The translations under genes and the position numbers were made by a program. The notes under the pieces were generated by a model that did no database searches, had not been told where the DNA came from, and saw only the letters and a list, made by a program, of their open reading frames with translations. Shown piece by piece: positions 36,728 to 46,242 of a stretch of 64,000 nt of DNA (within the stretch, counting starts at the first letter, position 1; each line of letters begins with the position of its first letter). Origin of the DNA: Acidobacteriaceae bacterium (GTDB taxonomy: Bacteria > Acidobacteriota > Terriglobia > Terriglobales > Acidobacteriaceae); assembly GCA_965218545.1 (NCBI GenBank), contig CBDCLB010000002.1, positions 776,622 to 840,621 on the forward strand. The letters run 5' to 3'.

Positions 36728-37873
36728 ATGACATTGTTTCCCTGCTTGCACCACTCCATCTGTTCCGTTTCCCAAACCAGCTCCCAAACCAGCTCCCAAA
36801 CCAGCTCCCAAACCAGCTCCCAAACCAGCTCCAAGACCAGCTCCAAGGCCAGCTCCAAGACCAGCTCCAAGGCCGGCGCTCCGGGCGGCCCCTTCCCCAC
36901 ACGCTTTTTCCTCGCCGCCGGGGCGCTGCTCGCCTTTGCTTCCGCTTCCCCGTGGCTGCATGCTCAGGCAGCGCCGGTGGCGGAGCCCGGGATGGGGCCC
37001 GCGCCGGTTGCGGATGTGCTTCCCTCCCAGGCGCTCGGCCCCGACGACCTCCTCCAGATCATGGTTCCTTACTGCCCGGAGCTTTCCCGCTCCTTCCGGA
37101 TTTCTTCCGACGGCACGCTCGCGCTTCCCTTACTCAAGCAGCGGATCCCCGTTGCCGGCCTCCAGCCCGCGCAGGTTGAAAAGCGGATCGCGGCCGAGCT
37201 GGTCCGGGAACAGGTGCTCACCGATCCGTCCGTGAACGTGGCAGTGATCGAGTACCGCTCCAAGCCCGTTAATGTCGTGGGCGCGGTCAATCATCCCCTT
37301 ACCTTCCAGGCGACAGGGGAAACCACGCTGCTCGACGCCATCGCCAAGGCTGGCGGCCTGGCACTGAACAGCGGCCCCGCGATCACCGTGACCCACCGCG
37401 CGCAAGCGCCGGACGGGACGACGCATATCACCGTGCAGTCGATTCCCGTGCGCGGGTTGATTGAGGCTTCCGACCCCAAGCTCAATGTCCGGCTCACGGG
37501 CGATGAGGAGGTGCGGGTGCCGGAGGCGGGCAAGATTTTTGTGGCCGGCAACGTCCGTAAACCCGGTGCCTTCGCCATGCAGGATAACTCCGACACAACC
37601 GTGATCAAGGCTTTGGCCATGAGCGAAGGGCTCCAGCCCTATACGGGGAAACAAGCGTTTATTTACCGGGAGCAAGGGCCCGGCGTGCCCCGGGAGGAGA
37701 TCGCCGTCCCGCTTTCCCAAATCCTGGCCCGCAAAGCCCCGGATGTCGTGCTCCACCCGGATGACATCCTGTACGTCCCTGAAAACAACGGCAAACGGAT
37801 AACAGCGAAGGTTTTGGCCCAGCTCGCCGGCTTTGGCTCAAATACCGCGGCAGGCGTTCTGATTTACCACTAG
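36728..37873 (+). CDS. polysaccharide export protein (Wza-like: Poly_export + SLBB)
   Basis: DDLLQIMVPYCPELSRSFRISSDGTLALPLL...VAGLQPAQVEKRIAAEL is a Poly_export domain, followed by SLBB-like repeats. The N-terminus is unusual: (SQTS)5(SKxS)n precedes the hydrophobic signal segment. Confidence 0.8.
   Translation: MTLFPCLHHSICSVSQTSSQTSSQTSSQTSSQTSSKTSSKASSKTSSKAGAPGGPFPTRFFLAAGALLAFASASPWLHAQAAPVAEPGMGPAPVADVLPSQALGPDDLLQIMVPYCPELSRSFRISSDGTLALPLLKQRIPVAGLQPAQVEKRIAAELVREQVLTDPSVNVAVIEYRSKPVNVVGAVNHPLTFQATGETTLLDAIAKAGGLALNSGPAITVTHRAQAPDGTTHITVQSIPVRGLIEASDPKLNVRLTGDEEVRVPEAGKIFVAGNVRKPGAFAMQDNSDTTVIKALAMSEGLQPYTGKQAFIYREQGPGVPREEIAVPLSQILARKAPDVVLHPDDILYVPENNGKRITAKVLAQLAGFGSNTAAGVLIYH
36771..36878 (+). 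repeat. 12-nt tandem repeat, ~9 copies, in frame within the wza 5' end
   Basis: CCCAAACCAGCT occurs five times perfectly (36771-36830), followed by variant units CCAAGACCAGCT, CCAAGGCCAGCT, CCAAGACCAGCT and CCAAGGCCGGCG. Confidence 0.95.
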
Positions 37874-38005
37874 CAAGCGGTCCCGAGGATCGGCAGCGAA
37901 GCCGGCCTCGCCGCACAAAGCTGTTTCACTTCCGGGATGGAAGCTCCCTTTCACTTCCTCCTTTGGCTCCAGCGTTCACAATCGTTTCTTTTTGCGAGGG
38001 TCCCC

Positions 38006-40183
38006 ATGCCGTCCAGCTTCAACAACAAGCCCCGAATCCTTCCCGCGGCCCCGCCGCGCGAGCTCCTCCACTACGCGCCCGCCCCAGCCCCGCAGGAGCC
38101 GGAAGAGCTCCTACCCATGCACCACTACCTGTGGCTGCTCCGCAGGGCTTGGTGGAAGATCGCGCTTGCGGTTGTTGTGTGCACCGGGCTCACGGCGCTG
38201 CTCTGCTTTCTTATCCGTCCGGTATACGAGGCAACGGCCCGTATAACCGTGGACAACAAGCTGCCTTCGAGTGTGCTCGGCGACAGCACTGCCGAAAACG
38301 GCTCGGATGTCGAGGAGTTCCTGAATACGGAGATGGACCTGATCCAGTCCGACTCAGTCCTCCGCCCGGTTGCCGAACAGTTCCACCTGCTTCCCCAGCT
38401 CAAGCACGGGGCGCAAGGGCAGCCGCAGGGGCCGGTTTCGCTGACAAACCTGACGGTGACGCACCCGCTCAACAGCCTTCTGCTCAAGGTCACCTATCGC
38501 TCGCACGACCCTAGGCAAGCCGCGGACGTCGCAAACGCCGTCGCCCAGTCCTATATCGATACCGTGTACTCCACGCGGGTCCGCTCTTCCATGAACATGT
38601 CCGGCTTTATGGAAAAGCAGCTCGACGACCTGAAGGAAAACATGAACCGGAGCGCCGCGGCCCTGGCCGCGTATGAGCGGCAGCTCGGCGTCATCGACCC
38701 GGAACAGCAGACCAGCATCCTCGCCGCGCGCGTTCTTCAGCTCAACCAGGAGTACACGGAAGCGGAAAACGAGCGCATCCGCAAGCAGACCTCCTACCGG
38801 GGCGTAGAAAACGGCAATGGGGCGGCCGTTGAAATTTCCCCGCAGGCCGAACAGCTGAGCAAGCTCCAACAGCAGCTGCAGGACGCGCAACAGAAGATGG
38901 CCGTGCTCAAGACCATGTACGGGCCGGCCTACCCGGAATACAAAAAAGGCGCGAATGAACTCGCCGAGGTCACCCGGCAGTACAACGCCGCCCGTGCAGA
39001 TATCGGCAAGCGGATCCAAACCGACTACAGCGAAGCTGCGAGCCATGAGGCCATGCTGCGCGACGCGCTTGCCCAAGCCAAGGCGCAGGCCGACAAGCTC
39101 AACGCGAGCTCCATCCAGTTCCAGCAGCTGAAGCGCGACGCCGACGCCAACAAAACCCTCTACAACGAGCTGTTCCAGAAGATCAAGGAAGCTGGCATCA
39201 ATTCGGGTTTTCAAAACTCGGCCATCCGCATCGCGGACGAAGCGCGGCCCCAAAGCTCGCCCGTGTTTCCCAAAAAGGGCATTTTTATCGCACTTGGCTT
39301 CTTCCTGTCGCTCGTGTTTTCTTCGGCGGCCGTGTTGATCGCCGATATGCTCGACAAAAGCGTACGCGACCCGGAGCAGGCCCGGCGCGCGCTCCAGGTC
39401 GAGGTGCTCGGCGTGCTCCCGGATGTCCAGGAGCTGAAGCCCGCCGGCCGGCAGCTGCTGCTTGAAAACGGCGACAGCACCTCCCAGCGAGAGCCGGATG
39501 TGGACTGGAGCCGCTCGCAAGGGGCCTACACGGAGGCGATCCGCACTATGCGCTCGCTCGTCCTGCTCGAACGCACCCGCGAGCCGCTCCGTTCGCTGCT
39601 GGTCACAAGCGCGCTCGCGGGTGAAGGGAAGTCGACCTGCACGGCGCACCTTGCGATCGCGCACGCCCTCCAGGGGCGCAAAACCCTGCTGATCGACGCC
39701 GACCTCCGGCGGCCCTCGCAGCACGATCACTTCGCTCTGCCGAACCGCGAAGGGTTGGCCGATGTGATCCTGGACGGCAGAAGCCTCCACGACGTCCGCC
39801 AGGAGATCCGGGGCGTGGAAAACCTCCACATCGTGACCGCGGGCGAGCTGTTTGCCCAAGCGGCCCACCTGGTTGGTGCCCGCATGCCGTCCCTGCTCGC
39901 CGACGCCGTGGAGGATTACGATCTGGTTGTCATCGACGCCCCCCCCATGCTGGGGCTGGCCGAGCCGATCCAGATCGCCTGCGCCGCCGACGCAACCATA
40001 CTGATCACGCAGGCCGGACGCACTAACCAGGAGGCCGTCCAGGCCGCGCTCGGCACCCTCAACCGGCTGGACGTCAACGTCCTTGGCCTGGTGCTCAACA
40101 AAGTGCGGCGCGAAATGAGCCACACCTACCAGCACCTCGGCGTCTACGAGCAGTACGCGAGCCACGCGTTGAGCGCGAGCTAA
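38006..40183 (+). CDS. polysaccharide co-polymerase / BY-kinase (Wzc/GumC-like tyrosine autokinase)
   Basis: Wzz-type N-terminal domain with a coiled coil and two TMs. Kinase motifs: Walker A SALAGEGKST, A' LLIDADLRRP, B LVVIDAPP. The C-terminal tail contains Tyr residues (YQHLGVYEQY). ATG 37937 is an alternative start. Confidence 0.88.
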   Translation: MPSSFNNKPRILPAAPPRELLHYAPAPAPQEPEELLPMHHYLWLLRRAWWKIALAVVVCTGLTALLCFLIRPVYEATARITVDNKLPSSVLGDSTAENGSDVEEFLNTEMDLIQSDSVLRPVAEQFHLLPQLKHGAQGQPQGPVSLTNLTVTHPLNSLLLKVTYRSHDPRQAADVANAVAQSYIDTVYSTRVRSSMNMSGFMEKQLDDLKENMNRSAAALAAYERQLGVIDPEQQTSILAARVLQLNQEYTEAENERIRKQTSYRGVENGNGAAVEISPQAEQLSKLQQQLQDAQQKMAVLKTMYGPAYPEYKKGANELAEVTRQYNAARADIGKRIQTDYSEAASHEAMLRDALAQAKAQADKLNASSIQFQQLKRDADANKTLYNELFQKIKEAGINSGFQNSAIRIADEARPQSSPVFPKKGIFIALGFFLSLVFSSAAVLIADMLDKSVRDPEQARRALQVEVLGVLPDVQELKPAGRQLLLENGDSTSQREPDVDWSRSQGAYTEAIRTMRSLVLLERTREPLRSLLVTSALAGEGKSTCTAHLAIAHALQGRKTLLIDADLRRPSQHDHFALPNREGLADVILDGRSLHDVRQEIRGVENLHIVTAGELFAQAAHLVGARMPSLLADAVEDYDLVVIDAPPMLGLAEPIQIACAADATILITQAGRTNQEAVQAALGTLNRLDVNVLGLVLNKVRREMSHTYQHLGVYEQYASHALSAS

Positions 40184-40195
40184 GGAAGGTCTTCC

Positions 40196-41332
40196 GTGCA
40201 AGCGACCGCAGCCCACCCGAACCCGGCGCAGCTCGATCCCCTGAAGGGAACCTCCGCGCCCTATGTCATCAATGCGCGCTTCCTGGCCCACCGGGTTACC
40301 GGCGTCCAGCGGTACGCGCGCGAAATCAGCTCCCGGCTTTCCCCCGCCCCGGCCTTTCTCGCCCCGAGCCGCGGCAAGGGCCCGCGCGGCCACCTGTGGG
40401 AGCAGGCCGCGCTGCCCCGCGAAGCCGCCGGACGCGTCCTTTGGAGTCCGTGCGGGGCCGGACCCTGGCGCTATGGCCCTCAGGTCGTCACCTTTCACGA
40501 CCTGTTCGCGATCGAGCACCCGGAGTGGTATTCACCCGCCTACGCCCGCTGGTACGGCTTTTTGTCCCGCCGGCTCGCGCGCCGCGCCGTCCATCTCCTT
40601 GCAGTCTCCAACTACACTCGGGACCGGGTCGCGCAGCTGCTCGGCCGCGACCCACACGAGATCACGGTCGCTCCAAACGCGGCTTCGGACAGCTTCCGAC
40701 CGGTATCCGCCGAGCGGGCCGCCTCGGCTGCTGCCGCGCTCGCCCTCCCTTCCCGGCGATACATCCTGTCGGTCAGCTCGCTCGAAGCGCGCAAGAATCT
40801 ACGCGGCATCTTGGAGGCTTGGCGGGCGGTCCAGTCGTTTGTGCCCGACGATGTATGGCTGGTGCTGGCCGGCCGGCCGGCGGACCCTTCGGTCTTCGGC
40901 AAGCAAACGCTTGATCCGATTCCTCCACGCGTCCACTTCACGGGCTACGTCCCCGATGAGCAACTCCCCGGCCTTTACGGGGGTGCCTTCTTGTTTCTTT
41001 TTCCATCGCTCGCCGAAGGCTTCGGGCTCCCGCTGCTCGAAGCCATGAGCTGCGGGCTTCGCGCCATTACCTCCAACACCACTTCGCTGCCGGAGGTGGG
41101 CGGAAAGGCAGCCGTGTATGTCGACCCGTCCGACCCTCGCGCTTTGGCCGCTGCCATCCTCGCCCACTTCCCGCGCGAAAGCGCCGCGCTGGCACCTTTC
41201 GCCCCTTCGCTCGAGCAGGCTCGGCGGTTCAGCTGGGATGACTCAGCACGCAAAACAGAGGATGTGCTCCTGCGCGCCGCAGCTTCCCATGCCCGGGCCC
41301 AAACCGCCGCGCGGCGCTGGAGGACGGCGTGA
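40196..41332 (+). CDS. glycosyltransferase family 4 (GT-B)
   Basis: FPSLAEGFGLPLLEAMSCG...TSLPEVGG is the EX7E motif region. GTG start lies 12 nt after the wzc stop. Confidence 0.85.
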   Translation: MQATAAHPNPAQLDPLKGTSAPYVINARFLAHRVTGVQRYAREISSRLSPAPAFLAPSRGKGPRGHLWEQAALPREAAGRVLWSPCGAGPWRYGPQVVTFHDLFAIEHPEWYSPAYARWYGFLSRRLARRAVHLLAVSNYTRDRVAQLLGRDPHEITVAPNAASDSFRPVSAERAASAAAALALPSRRYILSVSSLEARKNLRGILEAWRAVQSFVPDDVWLVLAGRPADPSVFGKQTLDPIPPRVHFTGYVPDEQLPGLYGGAFLFLFPSLAEGFGLPLLEAMSCGLRAITSNTTSLPEVGGKAAVYVDPSDPRALAAAILAHFPRESAALAPFAPSLEQARRFSWDDSARKTEDVLLRAAASHARAQTAARRWRTA

Positions 41333-41759
41333 CCGGTACCCTCAGCCCCGGTTCGGCGCCCGATTTTACCGGAGCGGGTACCCCGGGCACGGCCGGCACC
41401 CTTTTTAGATCGCCATCGGGTAGGGTTCCCGGCACATCCCGGCTGCAATGCAGGCCCGTGCCGAGGAGTTCCGGTCCGAAGCCTCGTGCGGCGTCCGCAG
41501 GCTGCTTCCCAAGCCCGCATCACCCGCTCGCTCCACCAACTACCTTCCCCGCCGCGTGCTCCAAGGCGGAGGAAAAACGATCCCCGGCCGCCAAGCCTCC
41601 GAGCCCCCCAAGAGCGGCGGGGAACCGGCGCGGGCCGCGACGGTACCGCCCGTCAAACAGTTGCCGCATTTCCTGCGGAAGCCCTTTGCTTCCGTTTTCT
41701 GCCTCCCCCCCAGATGAGGCGTGCTTTTCGCAGATGCCGCAAGGCACGAGATCGAGCCC

Positions 41760-43217
41760 ATGAGCGCCTTCTCCACACTCGCCACCCCTTTCTCCGCCAC
41801 GGCGGACATTCCCGCCGTCCGCTCCAGCCGCCTCCTCACGGTGAGCGCCCTGGTCCTGGCGGACCTTTTGGCCGTCGGTTTTTCCGGCGCGCTGGCTGTT
41901 TCGCTTCGGCTCGCCTTTCATGGCGCTTTCCACCTTTCCGCCTATGCTCCCCTGCTCGCGGCGCTTCCCTTGTTTTTTCTCGTATTTTCGGCGCTTGACA
42001 TGTATCCCGGGATCGCCGCCAATGCCATCGAGGAGTTCCGCACCACCCTCCACGCGGTCACGCTGGGCTACCTCCTGCTGATCGTTTCCACCTTTTTTAT
42101 CGAGAATGAAGGGCATTATTCGCGTATTGCTTTCGCCCTGGCCTGGCTTCTGACGCTTGCGCTGGTGCCGCTCGCGCGCCGCGCCGTGCGCGCTTGGGGC
42201 TCAGCCCAAAGCTGGTGGGGCGTTCCCACCGTGATCTTCGGCGACAACCGCACGGGCGAAAGTATGCTTTGGGTATTGCGCCAGCAGCCCGCCCTAGGGC
42301 TGCGTCCCATCGCGCTGCTGGGCGAAGAAAGCTGCGCCGGTGCCCCGGAAGACGCGGGAAGCCTGTTTCTGGGGGAGTTCGCCCACGCCGGCGCGCTTAC
42401 CGCGCGCAACCGGGGCTGCTATGCCATCATCGCCATGCCCGAGCTCGGCGCCAGCAAGCTTGAAGAAATCCTCAACAGCTATTCGCACCACTTCCACCAT
42501 GTGCTCGTGCTCCCGGACGTCGCGGGCATGAGCTCGCTGTGGGTTTCGGCGAAGGATCTTGGCGGCATGCTCGGGCTCGAGGTGGAGCAGCGCTTGTCCC
42601 AAAGCATGCCCCGGCTGATCAAGCGCTTTTTCGACCTCCTGGTCGCCTCCACCGTTGCGCTCTGCTTCCTGCCCTTGTTTCTTCTGCTTACGCTGCTGGT
42701 CCGCCTCAGCTCTCCCGGCCCCATCTTCTACGGGCAGCGCCGGATGGGCCGCGGCCATGCAATGTTTACCGCTTGGAAGTTCCGCTCCATGGTTCCCAAC
42801 GCGGACGCGGTGCTTGAAGCCCATCTCGCGCGCGACCCCGAGCTCCGGGCTGAATGGGATCGCGACCGCAAGCTCAAACGCGACCCCCGTGTGACCGCGG
42901 TTGGCCGCTTGATGCGGAAAACCTCGCTCGACGAGATCCCGCAGCTTTGGAATGTGCTCGCCGGCCAGATGAGCCTGGTCGGCCCCCGCCCGATCGTGAT
43001 GGCCGAGGTGGAGCGCTACGGCCGGCGCTACCAGCACTACAGCCGCGTCACCCCCGGCATCACCGGGCTTTGGCAGATCTCCGGCCGCAACAACACCACC
43101 TACGAGCGCCGCACGGAGATCGACGAGTATTATGTCCGCAACTGGTCCGTGGCTATGGACCTGTTCATCCTGTACCGCACCGTCAAAACAGTCCTGTTTA
43201 CAGAAGGCGCCTACTAA
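41760..43217 (+). CDS. polyprenyl-phosphate hexose-1-phosphate transferase (WbaP/EpsB-type priming sugar transferase)
   Basis: N-terminal TMs plus the C-terminal Bac_transf domain: PGPIFYGQRRMG...FTAWKFRSM...DEIPQLWNVLAGQMSLVGPRP. GTG 41721 is an alternative start. Confidence 0.88.
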   Translation: MSAFSTLATPFSATADIPAVRSSRLLTVSALVLADLLAVGFSGALAVSLRLAFHGAFHLSAYAPLLAALPLFFLVFSALDMYPGIAANAIEEFRTTLHAVTLGYLLLIVSTFFIENEGHYSRIAFALAWLLTLALVPLARRAVRAWGSAQSWWGVPTVIFGDNRTGESMLWVLRQQPALGLRPIALLGEESCAGAPEDAGSLFLGEFAHAGALTARNRGCYAIIAMPELGASKLEEILNSYSHHFHHVLVLPDVAGMSSLWVSAKDLGGMLGLEVEQRLSQSMPRLIKRFFDLLVASTVALCFLPLFLLLTLLVRLSSPGPIFYGQRRMGRGHAMFTAWKFRSMVPNADAVLEAHLARDPELRAEWDRDRKLKRDPRVTAVGRLMRKTSLDEIPQLWNVLAGQMSLVGPRPIVMAEVERYGRRYQHYSRVTPGITGLWQISGRNNTTYERRTEIDEYYVRNWSVAMDLFILYRTVKTVLFTEGAY

Positions 43218-43238
43218 AGCGCCACGAGACACGCGACC

Positions 43239-44630
43239 ATGACCGCTTCCACACTGCCCGTCCTGCTCTTGATTGCCTTTCTTTGGTGGCGCACCAAGGG
43301 TGAACTGCTGCCCATCATCCTGTTCACCTCGATCTTCGACGCAGCTTCGGCGTTGAATGTCGCGGGCTCCCCGGTTTCGCCTTGGCTGCTGGCGCTCGCC
43401 CTTTGCCTGCCCATCAAGGCGCTGAGCGGCAAGCTCAAGCTCAAGCCCATCCCGGGGCTCAACCGCGGCGCATTTCTCGCGTTGACATTATTTGTCGGCT
43501 ACGCCGCTGTCTCCGCCGTCCTGTACCCGTTTCTGTTTCACGGGATCCTGGTCAGCAACTCCCACAATGGGCTCAACCAGCACCTCACCCTGGGCATCAC
43601 CAACTTTACCCAAACCACTTACCTGCTTTCCGCGTTTACCGTTTTTCTCCTCGCTATCCATTCCAGCCGCGAGCAGCTCCGCATAGGCGTCCAGTGGTAC
43701 ATCCGCGCGTGTGTGTGCATCGCGCTCTTCTCCATGTACCAGCTCCTGAACGCGATCTTCCACGTCCCCTACCCTTCGGCAATCCTTTACAGCAACACCG
43801 CCCACACCATCTACGACGCCTATAAGATCAACGGTGTTTGGCGCCTCAACTCGACCCTTTCGGAGGCCTCGGCCGCCGCGTTCTACCTGGGCACGGGGCT
43901 CGCCCTTCTAGGCTGGCACCTCGCCACGCACCGCATCCGGTGGCAGGGCGCGGCCTCCTTTCTGCTGATCCTCGTTGCGCTCGTGCTCACCATGTCCACG
44001 GTCGGCTACGCTTGCCTTGCAACCATCGCAGTGGGCGGCCTGTTTTTCTATACGCGCTTTTCCTTCCGCCGCCGCGGGGTCGCCCCGGTCAAGCTGCTCC
44101 TGCTGCTCGCATTGCTGGCCGTCGGCGTTCCCCTGCTCACCTTGACGAACGCGCCCGAAACCGCCACCAAGGTGTTTCGCACCTTGTTCGTTGACAAAGT
44201 GAACTCGGACTCCTACCGCGAGCGCACCCTTTGGAACGAACTCGCGCTCCAAACCGCCCAAGACTCCTTGTACTTCGGCGCGGGCTGGGGCAGTGTGCGC
44301 GCTTCGAGCTTCGCTTGCTCGTTGCTCGCGAACGGCGGCATCCCGGGCGTTCTGCTCTTTCTTGCCTTTCTTTTCCAGATCGCGAAACCTCTGTTCCGGC
44401 CCCGCCGCTACGCGCGCCTCGAGCTCTACGAGCGTTCCCTGTTCGGCATCGCGGTGCTGCTGGTGGCGCTCCTGATCGCGACACCCGATCCCATCGAACC
44501 CATCATTTGGGTCCTGTTTGCTTCGGCCACCGCCTCCAAACCTCGACGGGTTTTCTCGAGCGTCCGGTCTGCTCGCCTCCAAAGAAGCCAGCTCTCCCCA
44601 GCGGCACTTCTCCCGCAATCGCAGCTGTAA
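43239..44630 (+). CDS. O-antigen ligase/polymerase-like membrane protein (Wzy-like)
   Basis: 463 aa with ~10-12 hydrophobic segments and a larger loop (…LWNELALQTAQDSLYFGAGWGS) like the Wzy_C region. The sequence signal is weak. Confidence 0.6.
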   Translation: MTASTLPVLLLIAFLWWRTKGELLPIILFTSIFDAASALNVAGSPVSPWLLALALCLPIKALSGKLKLKPIPGLNRGAFLALTLFVGYAAVSAVLYPFLFHGILVSNSHNGLNQHLTLGITNFTQTTYLLSAFTVFLLAIHSSREQLRIGVQWYIRACVCIALFSMYQLLNAIFHVPYPSAILYSNTAHTIYDAYKINGVWRLNSTLSEASAAAFYLGTGLALLGWHLATHRIRWQGAASFLLILVALVLTMSTVGYACLATIAVGGLFFYTRFSFRRRGVAPVKLLLLLALLAVGVPLLTLTNAPETATKVFRTLFVDKVNSDSYRERTLWNELALQTAQDSLYFGAGWGSVRASSFACSLLANGGIPGVLLFLAFLFQIAKPLFRPRRYARLELYERSLFGIAVLLVALLIATPDPIEPIIWVLFASATASKPRRVFSSVRSARLQRSQLSPAALLPQSQL

Positions 44631-44949
44631 CCCCTGAGCGGCGCAGCCCGGCGAAGCGGCCACGTAGGCAGGCAATCTCTACCCTGCCTGCGGGCCTTCC
44701 TTTCCCTCCGCCCGGTAAGTCATTCCCGTCATTGGGGATAAGTTACCCGGCTTCGAGCAACTTCTCTCATTCCGCTATGTAAGATGGGTCGGAAATGCTT
44801 TGCCGACTTATACCACTGAAGTAATCAATAAACTGTTTTTTTCAAAAATCAAGTGACTCAACCTACTTCCCGCGCCATTAGGATGCAAGCAAGTGACTCG
44901 AATCCGCACAGGGCAGAGCCTCGGCTCCCACCCGTGCTCCAAGGCATCC

Positions 44950-46242
44950 ATGGCACGCTTTTTTGCTCCGCAGGCTTCCTGCATCCTTGCCGCTGCTAGC
45001 CTCTTTTCCATGCACGGCACCGCTTTTGCGCAGCTCAACCCGGACGCTTTCCAAACCATTCCTTCCCTGCCGCTCGCCACTTTTCAAGATAGTCTCGGCG
45101 TCAACACGCACATCGAATACACGGACGGCAAATATGCCGATGCTGCGGCTGTGCTTAGTGACCTTCAATTCCTCGGCATCCACAATCTTCGCGACGGCAT
45201 TCCCGATCCCATTCACTGGCTGCCCCCGGGCCAAGCGCTCGATGCCATGCACATGCTCGCCGCAAAGGGCATGCATTTCGATTTCGCCGCAAACTGCAAT
45301 ACGAGCGTTTCTGCGCAGATGCAGCAACTGGATGCCCTTGAGGAGCTTTATCCGGGGATTGCGATTTCCGTCGAGGGCACGAACGAAATCAACAACGCGC
45401 ATTGCAACGGGGGTGGCGGGAATGAGCAGGCTGCCGAGACTTTCCAAAAGCAGCTCTACTCCGCCGTCCACGCAGACGCGCACCTAAGCGGCGTGCCCGT
45501 CCTTTACTTCACGGGAGGCGCCCCCATGAATCTCCAAACGCATCCGGGCTTCGCCGACCTGGCAAACGCGCACCCCTACTCCTACCACGGCGACCAGCCG
45601 CTCGCCCGCATCCTGAGCGAGTTCGCCGCCGACTTCACGATGACCGGCAACTACCCTAAAGCCATCACCGAGGCAGGCTACGCCACCCTGCCCGTACCCG
45701 CGGACCCCGACGGGGTAGATGAGCCCGCCCAGGCCGAGCTGATCCTCAACACCTACTTCGACGCGGCGCTCCAGGGTGTCAGCCACACCTACATCTACCA
45801 ACTACTCGACCCGTACACAGACGCGGCGAACAACGATAGCGATAAGCATTTCGGCTTTTTCCACCTGGATAACTCACCGAAGATCGCGGCCTATGCCATG
45901 CGCCACCTCGCGGACATCTTGCCGCCCGATAAGCCCTCGGCGGCCCAAACCGTGCAGGCGGCGATCACCGGACTCCCTTCAACCGCTCATACGTTCGCCC
46001 TCACCGGCTCCGACGGCTCGGTCGCCCTGTTCTTGTGGAACGAGGTCCCGGTCTGGAATGCCGACAACCAAAGCCTCCATGTGGTCGATTCGATCCCCGT
46101 GCAAGTGCAGATGAACGGCTCGTGGACAGTCAGCTATTTCACACCGGCAGCGGATACAACGTATCCTCTGCAGGCGGCGAACGGGCAGTACACCATGTAC
46201 CTTGCCTCGTATCCCACGGCTCTCATCTTTAAGAAGAAGTAA
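44950..46242 (+). CDS. secreted clan GH-A-like (TIM-barrel) glycoside hydrolase candidate
   Basis: Signal peptide MARFFAPQASCILAAASLFSMHGTAFA. The candidate acid/base is in SVEGTNEINN (NE) and the candidate nucleophile is in KAITEAGYA (TE-G), ~100 aa later. This matches the beta4/beta7 spacing of clan GH-A enzymes. Confidence 0.5.
   Translation: MARFFAPQASCILAAASLFSMHGTAFAQLNPDAFQTIPSLPLATFQDSLGVNTHIEYTDGKYADAAAVLSDLQFLGIHNLRDGIPDPIHWLPPGQALDAMHMLAAKGMHFDFAANCNTSVSAQMQQLDALEELYPGIAISVEGTNEINNAHCNGGGGNEQAAETFQKQLYSAVHADAHLSGVPVLYFTGGAPMNLQTHPGFADLANAHPYSYHGDQPLARILSEFAADFTMTGNYPKAITEAGYATLPVPADPDGVDEPAQAELILNTYFDAALQGVSHTYIYQLLDPYTDAANNDSDKHFGFFHLDNSPKIAAYAMRHLADILPPDKPSAAQTVQAAITGLPSTAHTFALTGSDGSVALFLWNEVPVWNADNQSLHVVDSIPVQVQMNGSWTVSYFTPAADTTYPLQAANGQYTMYLASYPTALIFKKK

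Noticed and set aside
36771-36878. Possible CRISPR array or minisatellite outside genes
   Set aside because: The units are 12 nt and directly abutting with no spacers, and they lie in frame within a coding region. This is not CRISPR architecture.
36602-36961. Minus-strand ORF encoding (GAGL)n
   Set aside because: It is the mirror reading of the 12-nt tandem repeat. It lacks context and overlaps the wza-like N-terminus, which has a downstream signal peptide and Poly_export domain in the plus frame.
38354-40519. 721-aa minus-strand ORF spanning the wzc/GT4 region
   Set aside because: It is antisense to two genes with clear conserved motifs (Walker A/A'/B, EX7E). Its translation is Arg/Gly/Ala/Val-rich with no motifs, a typical high-GC shadow frame.
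41329-41763. 144-aa and overlapping 170-aa plus-strand ORFs in the GT4-WbaP gap
   Set aside because: The translations are Pro/Ser/Arg/Gly-rich low-complexity with no hydrophobic core or motifs, so the region is treated as non-coding.
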